DNA of 61,175 bases, taken from contig JAAILG010001829.1 in NCBI GenBank assembly GCA_012026655.1, positions 1 to 61,175 on the forward strand, in the 5' to 3' direction. This document shows, piece after piece, positions 12,801-22,354 of the stretch (position 1 is its first letter; the number at the start of each line of letters is the position of its first letter). This stretch comes from Hydrolagus affinis (lineage: Eukaryota). The notes below the pieces were generated by a model. It was given only the letters and a program-made list of their open reading frames with translations. It made no database searches and was not told the DNA's origin. The translations under genes and the position numbers were made by a program.

Positions 12801-15800
12801 TTCTCATAATCCTTTATAGGTACCTTAAACCGGTTGTTGCAAATCTTTTCTGCCCAGTTTAGATCCCTTTAACTCCCTAAAGCACGTTGAATTTTGTTCA
12901 GTTATATTTAATTTTTATATATCAGTAGGAAGTTTGAGGAAATGAATTTGGCATAAAATCAATTCTTAAACTATGTTATACTCAAACAACAACAAAATTA
13001 CAATTACATGTCAGGAGAATGTCCCAAGCTGATGGACAATCAATGTTTCAGTCTTGAGCTGGGGATTGGGATCAAGCGAGGGTGGAGGCCAGAGGGAGAA
13101 TGAAGGTGATCAAAGAAATGGTTGACAAGGAGGGTTTTGAGATGGGTCTTGAATGGGTTAAGGGAGAGGGCAAGGTGAAGGGACTGTGGGATTGATTTCC
13201 AGAGGATGGGTGGAGAGTGGTTGAAAACCCACCCCCTAATAGTGGAGCAGGTGAGGTGGGAATATGAAGCAAGCCAAAACCCGCTGAGTGGAGGGACAGG
13301 GCAGGTTGGTAGGGGGTTAGGTGGTCGCAGAGATAGGGAGAAACAAGACCATGGAGGGCTTTGAAGATGAGGACCAGGATCCCTGTTGATGGGAACCCAG
13401 TGGAGTCAGGCAAGGATGGGGGCAATAGGGTCATGGAGCCTGGAGCAGGAGAGGATAGTGGTAGGCAGAGCAGTTCATGACATGGATGTGCGGTAGAAAG
13501 GATAGTTGAGCGTCAACAACAACAAAATTACATTTATAGAGCACCTTTCACGTTGGGAGGATGTCCCAAGGGTCAAATAAGAAACAAATAGGGTAAATTT
13601 ATAAGATTTCAAAATAGGTTGGTACGGTGGAAATGGGATGTTTCCCTCCACGAGAGACACTTAATGTTCCAAAGCACCTTGGATCATTTGTGTCGTCATT
13701 TGCACTGAGGTACAGTATTGCACTTTCAACCCCACTGTGTTTTGTTTTGCTAATTGTTCTTAATTGCTCAATCGTTCTGAATTTCAACTATCAAAAAAAA
13801 AGTGTTCCATAATTGTTGTAATAACCACAACAATCAGTTTGCCTCACAATATATTAAATCTTTTAAGTGAAATGTACTTACATTAAAACCGGCTAGACCA
13901 GGAAATCCAGGTGTTGCCATCAGACCACGATCTCCTTTTGTTCCGTTACATCCGTCATGTCCAGGTGGACCCCTTGGGCCACGTTGCCCCGGATGACCCT
14001 GGGGAAAAGCAACAATTTTTGGTTACATTTCATCACTTCTCTCAGATCACGCATTCAGTCAAATCATGACAATAATGCCACAATAATAATTTTAAAAAGG
14101 ACAGCTTTACATTCACACCGACTCATACAATATTACTACAGTACCTGGAAACAGAACATTTTTCTATTTAGCCACAAGAGGACTGAAATTCCACACAGCT
14201 TATAAAATAATTTTGTCCTCTGAGGTAGAGTGGGGTGACACCATGGAGGGTTTGAATGTGAGGACAAGGATCTTGAATTGAATCCTCTGGGTGATGGGGA
14301 GCCAATGGAGTCGGGCAAAGATAGGGGAGATGAGGTCACGAAGCTTGGAATGGTAGAGGACATGGGCCACAGAGTTCTCGATTATCTGCAGCCTGTGGAG
14401 GAATTCGGAAGGCTGACAAGCAGGGTGATTGCTTAGTCAAACCTGGATGCGGTGAAGGCATGAATAAGGGTTTCAGCGATCTGTGGGGTGAGGTGGTGGG
14501 TGAGTCGGACAATATAGTGGAGGTGAGGGAAGGCAGAGCAGGTCATGGCTTGGATATAGGAGAGGAAAGACGGTTGAGGATCAAATAAGACACCTAAGTT
14601 CCTAACTGGCTTGGTGAGGTGGAGCGTGCAACCTTGGAGGTTGATGCTGTCAGTACGTGATGTGTGAAGGAGCTGATGCGAGCCAATCAGGAGAACCTCG
14701 GTCTTGTTGATGTTCAACTCTAGGAAGTTAGTCACATTGCAATGGCTGGCCTATAGTTCCAGATATTTATTGTAGCTACAAGATTGCATTTTGTGCACAA
14801 CCTGCAATTTATATCAAATCTTCTTACCTCCGCAACTATCATTAAAATAAAATTGTCTGTCAACCAAGACATGTTTGACAAAAGTTTGGTAGCTGATATT
14901 TATCTGGTGTTGCATCTAAAATTATAATCTTCTCTGTGTACAATGAGGAGTTCTTCAACTGACAGAAACGTAAAACTATTATTAAATTTGACTTGTGTGA
15001 AAATAGATCTGTTCATACTACTAGAGATGATTCTCCTGGGAGTCATTCTGCTGTCCTCTGATTTCCACAAACACTTTGAATGAAATGGATACATTGCATG
15101 AGTGTCTGCTCGATGCCCCCAACTAACTATGTGAAAAGAATGTTCAGGGTTAACCATGCAGATATACTTACGGGTATGCCGTCATTGCCTGAGAATCCAG
15201 GAACACCTATTGGTCCCTGTATAGAACAAACAGGGATACATTGGGTACAGATGTTTGTGAGCAACACAACCTTTCCACTTTTCAACTTTACACACTAGGC
15301 TCAAAGCTCAATTGCAACTTTTTTTCGTCTTTCTCCATTTGTCAATGCTACTATAGACATTGTTGCTCTGAGCCTTTCTTTCTTGTTTCTCCCCACCTCA
15401 AAATACTGTATATTGTGTATACTTACTCTTCTCACTCCTTTGCATCTTCAGTTCGTTGAACTCATAGCACACACTCCTTCCAACTCCTCCTATCAGTTTT
15501 ACTCTCTTCCTACAATATGAATGGTTCTTAAAGCCAAACTTGGTGATAATTCTACTACTTGATTAACCTGATCTTTAATTACGTCTCAGTTAAATCTAAC
15601 ATTAACATGATTCATTCCATGATCCTATTGTTGATGTGTTTCTTGATTGAAAGTGATATTTACTCAGAATCTTGACGAATTTATACCTGCAGCATTGAGA
15701 GAAATTCGTAATCTAACCTGATTTTATAATTCATGGGAGCAGCCTGGGATTAGGTAAGTATTTTTTTTTGCCCGTTCTTGAGATCAAAGTGAATGTAGGT

Positions 15801-18800
15801 GTTGCTGCTGCTGCAACCCTCAGTGTCACAGGGAAGAGGGAATCAGAAGATATGATTAAACAATGTTACTACACAATGCCAAATGTTAAAGTGCCAAAGC
15901 CTAAAAAAGCATAAACTACTGAGCTTGTTACCTATTTTTAAATAATGAAGGGTTTTTTAAACACTAAAGGGATTTGATAGTGGGGATACAGATAAACTAT
16001 TTTCCTTGGTAGGGAACTCCAAACAAGGGAGCATAGTCTTAAAATTAGAGCCAGGTCATTTAGGAGTGAAATTAAGAGGCTGTTTTTCAACCAATGGGTA
16101 GCGGAAATCTTGAACTCTCTCTCCCTCAAAAGGCTGTGGATGCTAGATCCATTCACATATTCAAGACTGAGGAGGATAAATATTCACTAGTTCAGGGTAT
16201 TAAGGATACTGGGCAACAGGAGGTAATTGGACTTGAGGGACATATCAGCCATGATCTTATAGAATGGTAGAACAGACTTGAGGGGCTGAATGACCTTCTC
16301 CTGTGTTTAGATTTCATTATGCCTTAATATGAGTTGCAAGGGAAATTGTGTTGGTGGTGCTATGTTGGAAGTATATTACTCTCGGAAATGTATATTCTGG
16401 ATTTCAAACCAATTTCAGTTTGAAAATAATCAGATCACCTATTTTTCCCTTTCCTTGAAATGATAAAATAGGCAACGCTGAACACTTTCTGAAACAAAAG
16501 CAGAAGTTGCTGGGGAAACTCAGCAGGTCAGGCAGCATCCATGGAGAAAGGAAAAAGAGTCAACGTTTCGGGTCTACAACCCTTCGTCAGAACTGGGGCT
16601 TGTTTGGAGGGAGAGATTTCTTAAGGACGTTAAAGGGAGAGAGGCAGGACATGGAAAACAAAGGAGACAAAGAAGACAAAGGGAAAGGAAAAAAAGGTGT
16701 TAACTGATGGATTGAATATGTGTTAATGACTTCAGGGGGAGAAACAGAAGGAGGTGGGTTTAAACGAAACTGGGGAGAAGAAGTGTTTAGTGGTGATAGA
16801 ATAAACAAGCACCAGAGAGGCAGGGGGTGTCTGGAGTTATGATTGTGATAGGGGGAGGGGGGAAACCTCCTATGGCCTGAAATGGCTGAAATCAATGTTG
16901 AGACACTTTCTAACAGTTTGATGGCATCATCATTCATGGAGTGCTTTTCAGATTAATACATTTTGTTGCTGTTAAAGAGATTATAACCACCGAGGAAAGA
17001 ACAAGGACTATGGTTGAGAACTGATGATCTGATTTTCTGTTTGTGTATCATTGTGCTGTTGGTAATGCAGGAAAGGAGCTATGCAATAAGATACGGGCTA
17101 ATTTATAGTTCAGAACATGAAACGGCAATGGGCAAATATTTAAACTAGATTCTGGGTGCAAAATGAATTTAGGATATTGAAGATTGTAAGTAAACAACTG
17201 TTAATTGTTAGCTTGGAGAAGGAACAGAGGAACAAATAGTGTTATCTGGGTAAAGAGAGGAGTGATAACTTTTTAAAAGGTTCAAATGAGATGAAAGAAG
17301 ATAACTGTTTATTCTGATATAAGATATGGAATAAAAGTGCTGGATTCAAATGTCATCTGGCAGCTCCCACTTCGATCGTCATTAAGTCAGACTGCAGTGT
17401 GTGTATGTACAGCATCCTAAAAGTTGCCCTCCCTCCCCCCACCATAAAATAGGTAAATTTATGCTAAATAGTTTTTAAATAGTTTAAAAGAGTTGAATAG
17501 TTTTTAATTTGTGCTAAATAGTTGCTGAAAATAGTTTTTGCTAGTCAACTTTCACCAAAAAATCTAGGTTATTATGATGAAAAATCTGTAAACAGAGTAT
17601 AACAACCAATACCCTAGAGTGTTATAGGAACTGGGAAAAGCAGGATATAACCGTTTCCCTATGGTGAAAATGGTAATTGTGGGCAAGATCGTGCAAGCAA
17701 TTTAAATTTAAATCACCAATAATAATAACAAGGACAATGATGAGGATAATGATTAACCAAATAATGCTTGACACTTGTTGCTAATCTTCAGCTCAAAGTA
17801 AACAGGTAGATGATGAGGAATACGTGCAAGATTCCAGGGAAATGTGCAATGGTCATTTAGAACAGTGTGCAGTGGAGGCAACTTAATACAGGCAGTAGAG
17901 ACTGAGTTCATCTAAACTGTTTCTCTAGGCACTAATGTGGGTCCTTATTTAGTATTTGGTAGTTTCTCAGTAATATTTAGTTATCTGATATGGGGGATTT
18001 TATGTGTCCTAGTGATTGTTATGTAATTAGACATTAAGCTAAAAACTCAATTTAGATCCAATTAAAAGCTTTTGGGAATTACCTTATTGGCATAATAGTC
18101 TGTTTGTGTGTGCATGTAAATGTTACTCGTGTTTTGTAGTGGAAAAATATCCAGTTACATAAACTTTCTTTTGTAAGGAAGCCATAAAAGCACATTGACT
18201 GACTTGGTTTGAGATCTTCAAGTCTCAAATAACACAGTGGCTTGAGCGTTCTTTCAATTTCATTGTGTGGAGGCTTTATGGATTAAAGCTCTTTTGAGCA
18301 TTATACAGATTTCACCATTGGCAATGTTGGTCACACATGGGAAGAATAATAATCCTTGCATTTGATATAGTGCCTTATCAATTCTTTGAGATATCTCTAA
18401 AGTGCTTTGCAGGAATACACTGTAAATTGAGTTGAACGGTATACTTTGTGGGTGAAACATGGCAGCCAATTGCACACAGCAGTGTACCACAAACAATAAT
18501 GGTATGAGTGACCAAATATATGTATTTTTGAATGGATCATTACCCCCGGTAAAGTGATCCACCAATCGACTAACAACCAAGTTCCTACTGACTGCTAGGT
18601 AAACAGAGTCGTGTGAAGTAAGGAAACTTCCCAATGTTTTGCCCTGCCCAGGAATTGAATCCAAGTCATCCGACTTGGGAGCTGAGTGCTCTAACCATTA
18701 AGCTACAGGACTCCACATTCCCGTCATGAACACCCGAATGGAATTTTTATCCCTTATAGAGGTTTTGTGAAAAATCAACCGGAAACAGATGGTCCATCGC

Positions 18801-20080
18801 ATAGGTAATATATTTGATATTAAACTTTATCCATGTTGCAATATGTCAAAACGTTTCATACAACAAGGTAAATAGCGAGGTATGGGTTATTATCACCATG
18901 TGAAACACTGCTCCTGTAGCTATCCACTTGATAACTGCTGTAGAGATTTGGATAATTGAAATCTAATTCACAGATGCAGAAAACCTTCAATAATGCAAAG
19001 TGTGATTTGATTGAGGTATTTAAAATAATGAAAGGTTTTGACAGATTAGGTTTTGGATAACCTAACCCCTGGGTTGAAGTGCCCCTTAAGGGCATGAGGG
19101 AGAAAGGGATTTGGGATTAAAAGATTTGCCCATTTAAAAGAAAATGTGGAGCAGACAAATTAGGTGGAAAATCTTCCACTGTTTCTGTTTTTCTATGTTA
19201 CAAATAGGGAGGACACCCAGCTTCTCTGTACAGTATATTCATTCTTTGTTAAATTGGTTGGTTTCACCTAAAGGGCACTATAGGCACTAAACAATAGGTG
19301 GCAAATTTTAATCTTCTGATGCACAAATCCCAGGAGGTCAAGAATAACATGCAGATAGTAAGGCAAGAATAAAGTAACGCGAGTAGTAGAAAGAGCCCAT
19401 CATCAAATAGTGACCTGAGCTCACAATAATGGTGTAATTTTCACTTAGAAGTGGAACGAGTCAATTATCAAACATTGTAGTACAGTACATTTGCTTTTCT
19501 GATTTAGTTCCTACATACACACATCTCTGATCACAGCATAACAAATAGTCTGCAGTCATGAAATCATCCAAGTTCATTTGTTTATTTTGCAAATGGCTTG
19601 TGGTAGTCACATCATGCCTATGTGAGTCATAGTTCTTTGCTTCATTTATTTTGCCACACAGATTCTTGGCATTGATTCTGGCACTGATCCTGTGACCACA
19701 GTACCCTATGAGACCTGCTGTAGAGGCAGCTGAATTGAACTCTTGGCTACCAATGCCACAGAAAGGATGTGGAAGCTATTTCACAACACAAATACCACAG
19801 ATAAATGGGAATGAGTGAAAACATATTCTGGTGTTGTTGATGTAGTGTCACTATCATTGTTCATAGAAGCAGTTCGGTCAGGCTAGATGCTGGATTTCTC
19901 CTGTTTGAACAGATCATGAATTCCAAATGAATATGTGGTACATACCCTGTCTCCTTTGTGTCCATGATTTCCACTTAGGCCTCTTTCACCTTTTTCGCCC
20001 ATCGGCCCAGTCACGCCATGACGTCCAGGTGGCCCATCAGCACCCTGAGTACCCTGAGTCCCTGGTATTCCTGGTTGACC
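646..20080 (-). CDS. COL4A2: Type IV collagen alpha2-class chain (COL4A2 best guess; COL4A6/COL4A4 not excluded), partial: 18 internal coding exons, 466 codons, 7S domain and start of the triple helix
   Basis: 18 GT-AG exons (135,45,117,60,36,63,36,42,90,54,63,45,54,64,111,156,72,155 nt) splice phase-compatibly into a Gly-X-Y frame. The 7S motif [22 protein letters not shown] and the 135-45-117 series mark collagen IV alpha2-class genes. [30 protein letters not shown] and [11 protein letters not shown] resemble COL4A2 as recalled; [11 protein letters not shown] and [11 protein letters not shown] resemble COL4A6. Class is confident, paralog about 0.55. Confidence 0.9.
1637..1708 (-). CDS. Collagen IV exon, 72 nt: (E)[23 protein letters not shown](G)
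   Basis: Acceptor atttgattag, donor gtaaga, phase 1-1. Confidence 0.92.
1815..1970 (-). CDS. Collagen IV exon, 156 nt: (G)[51 protein letters not shown](E)
   Basis: Acceptor gatttttcag, donor gtcaga, phase 1-1; lies within ORF 1798..1995. Confidence 0.94.
2122..2232 (-). CDS. Collagen IV exon, 111 nt: (G)[36 protein letters not shown](G)
   Basis: Acceptor ttgctgctag, donor gtgagg, phase 1-1; lies within ORF 2015..2275. Confidence 0.96.
2915..2978 (-). CDS. Collagen IV exon, 64 nt: [21 protein letters not shown](G)
   Basis: Acceptor ttgtctccag, donor gtaatg; phase changes from 0 to 1 (split Gly codon). Confidence 0.92.
3493..3515 (+). repeat. (GA)n microsatellite within a purine-rich tract (about 3270-3730)
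   Basis: About 11 GA units seen directly. Confidence 0.9.
4015..4068 (-). CDS. Collagen IV exon, 54 nt: [18 protein letters not shown]
   Basis: Acceptor ggtgtccag, donor AAG|gtactt. Confidence 0.92.
4832..5085. mobile_element. Penelope-like element terminal fragments in inverted (hairpin) arrangement
   Basis: Arms 4832-4935 and 4942-5046 are mutually reverse-complementary and homologous to 16491-16594. Confidence 0.8.
5173..5595 (-). mobile_element. Old Deu-domain SINE (SacSINE1/AmnSINE1-like)
   Basis: Reverse complement reads ...gctgacacttcagtgcag...ccatccttc...ttaaaccaaggtcccatctgcctgttcag...tttgtagaacattgttgtgcacaacttggctgttgc, then an L2-like tail. Confidence 0.75.
5689..5733 (-). CDS. 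Collagen IV exon, 45 nt: [15 protein letters not shown]
   Basis: Acceptor tttgacgcag, donor gtgagt; 90-nt upstream intron. Confidence 0.95.
5824..5886 (-). CDS. Collagen IV exon, 63 nt: [21 protein letters not shown]
   Basis: Acceptor ttgttttag, donor gtaaga. Confidence 0.94.
6018..6139. repeat. 122-bp spacerless palindrome; each arm holds two 24-bp tandem units
   Basis: Centre ccgca|tgcgg at 6078/6079; 60 of 61 pairs complementary. Confidence 0.95.
6135..6216 (+). repeat. Inverted local copy of 4816-4896 (Penelope arm plus unique flank)
   Basis: Shares gaccttctgagtgttcccagcgatt and the flank atgaataaata with the reverse complement of 4816-4896. Confidence 0.88.
6865..6918 (-). CDS. Collagen IV exon, 54 nt: [18 protein letters not shown]
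   Basis: Acceptor ttatgttaag (AAG type), donor gtaagt. Confidence 0.93.
7280..7500 (+). mobile_element. Degraded CR1 LINE 3' end (similar copies at about 28580-28800 and 49420-49650)
   Basis: Shared gggcaatttca...aggaag...gaatag...gaggc...tcattta...gctgtgatggg pattern across the three copies. Confidence 0.6.
7942..8031 (-). CDS. Collagen IV exon, 90 nt: [30 protein letters not shown]
   Basis: Acceptor tgtttcgcag, donor gtaaca; helix interruption in the middle. Confidence 0.94.
8132..9215 (-). mobile_element. L2 LINE fragment (RT to 3' tail), frameshifted
   Basis: Minus ORF pieces [41 protein letters not shown]; (caa)n tail at the left end. Confidence 0.88.
9455..9496 (-). CDS. Collagen IV exon, 42 nt: [14 protein letters not shown]
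   Basis: Acceptor tcaattacag, donor gtaagt. Confidence 0.95.
10497..10532 (-). CDS. Collagen IV exon, 36 nt: [12 protein letters not shown]
   Basis: Acceptor tatgttacag, donor gtcaga. Confidence 0.94.
10713..10775 (-). CDS. Collagen IV exon, 63 nt: [21 protein letters not shown]
   Basis: Acceptor atttctacag, donor gtatgt. Confidence 0.95.
11086..11121 (-). CDS. Collagen IV exon, 36 nt: [12 protein letters not shown]
   Basis: Acceptor gatttacag, donor gtgagt. Confidence 0.95.
12631..12690 (-). CDS. Collagen IV exon, 60 nt: [20 protein letters not shown]
   Basis: Acceptor ataacatag, donor gtaagt; includes a helix interruption after GEP. Confidence 0.94.
12987..13470 (-). mobile_element. L2 LINE 3' fragment
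   Basis: [19 protein letters not shown] motif; caacaacaaaattaca tail. Confidence 0.85.
13882..13998 (-). CDS. Collagen IV 7S exon, 117 nt: [39 protein letters not shown]
   Basis: Acceptor ttttccccag, donor gtaagt; conserved GCNGT cysteine and N-glycosylation motif. Confidence 0.97.
14222..14735 (-). mobile_element. L2 LINE ORF2 fragment
   Basis: [36 protein letters not shown] motifs. Confidence 0.88.
15172..15216 (-). CDS. Collagen IV exon, 45 nt: [15 protein letters not shown]
   Basis: Acceptor ttctatacag, donor gtaagt, phase 0-0. Confidence 0.96.
15936..16305 (+). mobile_element. CR1-clade LINE 3' end
   Basis: aagggatttgatag...aacaagggagcatagtcttaaaattagagccagg...atcagccatgatc...gagggggctgaatgacc-like 3' end; homologous to 37840-38300. 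Confidence 0.85.
16491..16904 (-). mobile_element. Penelope-like retroelement 3' end (ORF terminus, pyrimidine-rich UTR, hammerhead-bearing terminal repeat)
   Basis: Minus strand 16902-16870 encodes [10 protein letters not shown]-stop, like the GLN-type GIY-YIG C-terminus of Penelope ORFs; followed by CTGACGA..GAAAC and gatgctgcctgacctgctgagtttccccagc. Confidence 0.8.
16558..16594 (-). ncRNA. Minimal type I hammerhead ribozyme motif (Penelope-associated)
   Basis: AGUU-CUGACGA-A-GGGUU-GUA-GACCC-GAAA-CGUU/GACU: core boxes intact, 4-bp stem I, 5-bp stem II, palindromic ACGU stem III. Confidence 0.7.
18345..18714 (-). mobile_element. tRNA-derived SINE with Deu-like body and L2 tail; variant with an extra central block
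   Basis: Head ggagtcctgtagcttaatggttagagc...ttcaattcc; (att)n tail. Confidence 0.85.
19946..20080 (-). CDS. Collagen IV exon, 135 nt: [45 protein letters not shown]
   Basis: Acceptor ttgttaacag, donor gtatgt, phase 0-0, pure Gly-X-Y. Confidence 0.96.
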
Positions 20081-20350
20081 CTGTTAACAATAACACGGAT
20101 GTATCAGTTCAACAGTGACTAACATTTTTGACATGGTAATGAAGAAAGGTCTTTGCTGTCCACATTTGCGTTTGAGATCCAATTTTCCTGCTATAGCGGA
20201 AGGGAATAATTTTGGGACGTCCTCCTGACATGAAAGGTGCTATACAAACGTAATTTGTTATTGCTGTATTTGAACAAAGGCAGATCTGATCTCACAAATT
20301 GGGCACACTTAATCCCAACCTACCCAATGGTCTGCACAAATTTAATCATA

Positions 20351-20550
20351 CAACAACTTAGGTTTATATAGCGCCCTCCACGCCGGACAGTGTCTCAGAG
20401 TGGTTCGCAATAACGGATCCCAGGCCCGAGTCAGGGGGAGGGGGAAAAAGGTGACCGAAGGCATGGTCGAAAAGAAAGGTGTTCAGTTGAGACCTGAAAC
20501 TAGGAAGAGAGGGGGCGAGGTGAAGGGAGTGAGGAAGGGAGTTCCAGAGC
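20351..20550 (-). mobile_element. L2 3' end, second subfamily (gtggagggcgc tail)
   Basis: Reverse complement matches 45080-45278 closely. Confidence 0.8.
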
Positions 20551-20877
20551 TAAACACAATGCATTGCTCAATTGATTCAGATACTATATTAACTGCACCA
20601 CAGGTAGAATACCTACTCCATGTCTTTAGTTTTAGCTGAGGGGTAATAATGATCATCTTTTCTCGTTTGATTTATTTAAATAAAACCTCTTTGCTGAATT
20701 TAGCTTTCCAGAGAATTTAGCTCTGGAAATTAACCTTTTCCTTTTCCAAGGGATCAGTCAGTGTCAAGATCTGCCAAAGGACATCACAAGTTCAATATAC
20801 TGTAGTATAAAGCTCCCTCTTCCTCAACAATGTGCATCAGTACCAAACTTGGGTAGTACAGTATTATTATTAGCAAT

Positions 20878-21182
20878 GGAGTCCTGTAGCTCAGTGGTTA
20901 GAGTACTCACTTTACAAGCAAGAGACCTTGGTTTGATTCCCAGCAGGGCAAAACCTTGAGTAATCTTCCTTACTTAACAAGCCTAATAATAATCCCTCAA
21001 AAATATAATAACTTGGTCATTCAATCCACGACTGTTTGTGGGACACTGTTGTGCGCAATTGGCTGCTGCGTTTCATCCACAAATATACAATAAATTAATT
21101 TTACAGTATATTCTGTGAAGCGCTTTGAGACATCGAAGATGTGAAAAGCGCTATATTACATGGAAGGATTGTTATTATTATA
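20878..21182 (+). mobile_element. Full-length tRNA-derived SINE
   Basis: A box tagctcagtgg, B-box-like ggtttgattcc, body tttgtgggacactgttgtgcgcaattggctgc, tail gtgaaaagcgctat...(tta)n. Confidence 0.9.
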
Positions 21183-21589
21183 AGCAGCCGCCACTCGGTG
21201 GCGCCAATATCTCTGAAAGTTATGGAGATGAATTTCTCTGAAATTCAGTTTCTCTAAAAGTCTTGGATCAAAAACAGGTGGTAATGAGGACACCTTGTGG
21301 TGACTTTTCAGATATTCCTTTTAATGAAAAATCCACAGACAAATTGAATAATTTTCTTCTGATATAAATATCTAACATCACACTCGACATAATAATTTAA
21401 GATGTTTTTGTATAAACAATAAATAACAAAAAACTTATGGAAACATATTTGACAAGTACTATTTTGCAAGCTGGAAGTCACGAAAGTGGTCACAGTTTTG
21501 CTTTTAGACCATTTATTGGCAAATAAAAAGCATAAATTGCTAAATAAACTCAATGGAGATCCAGAGAGTGAGGGCAGATAATAATAATA

Positions 21590-21871
21590 TTAATAATCTT
21601 TGCATTTGTTATAGCACTTTTCACATCTTCTAGACGCCTCAAAGAGCTTCACAGAATATACTGTAAAGTGAATTGACTGTATATTTGTGAGCAAACACGG
21701 AAGCCAATTGCACACCGCAGTGTCCCACAAACAGTCATGGATTGAAACGACCATTTTTTTATTTTTTATGATGGATTATTTTTAGGCGTGTGGAGTAAGA
21801 AAACTTTTGCCCTGCCTGGAATTGAACCCAGGTTTCTCGCGAGTGTTCTAACCACTGAGCTACAGGACTCC
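21590..21871 (-). mobile_element. Full-length tRNA-derived SINE
   Basis: Reverse complement of the 20878-21182 family. Confidence 0.9.
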
Positions 21872-21894
21872 TTAAATGGTTAGACCTATAACTG

Positions 21895-22307
21895 TCTCTT
21901 TCTTGCCCCACATCCTTCCTATACCTCTACGACATTGCCTGCCTCAGACTGTACTTTACGCCAGAAGCAACCGAAACACTCGTCCACACATTTGTCACCT
22001 TTTAACTTGCCTTTTCAAATGCCTCTTTGCTGGTCACCCCAGCTCCACTGTGGACAGGATCCAGCTGAACCAACAGTCCGCCATGGCATACTCACTCGTA
22101 CTGAATTCACTACCTTCATCACCAGTTCTAGCTGGGCTCCACTGGTTCACTATTGTCGAACGAATCGATTTCAAATCCCTTCAGGCCCTGGCACCTCCCT
22201 AAAGTCACCATACCATACCCCCTGGCTTGGCCTCTGGCTCTGCCACTGTGAAGCGCTCTGAGACACTCCCTGGGGCGGAGGGCGCAATATAAATGCAACC
22301 TGTTGTT
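21895..22307 (+). mobile_element. Degraded, internally deleted L2 3' fragment
   Basis: LAGLHWFTIVERIDFK motif; tail gtgaagcgctctgagac...gagggcgcaatataaatgcaa. Confidence 0.75.
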
Positions 22308-22354
22308 AATTGTTGTTCATTTTCCTTTTATCATTCCGGGATTGGGGAGTGAGA

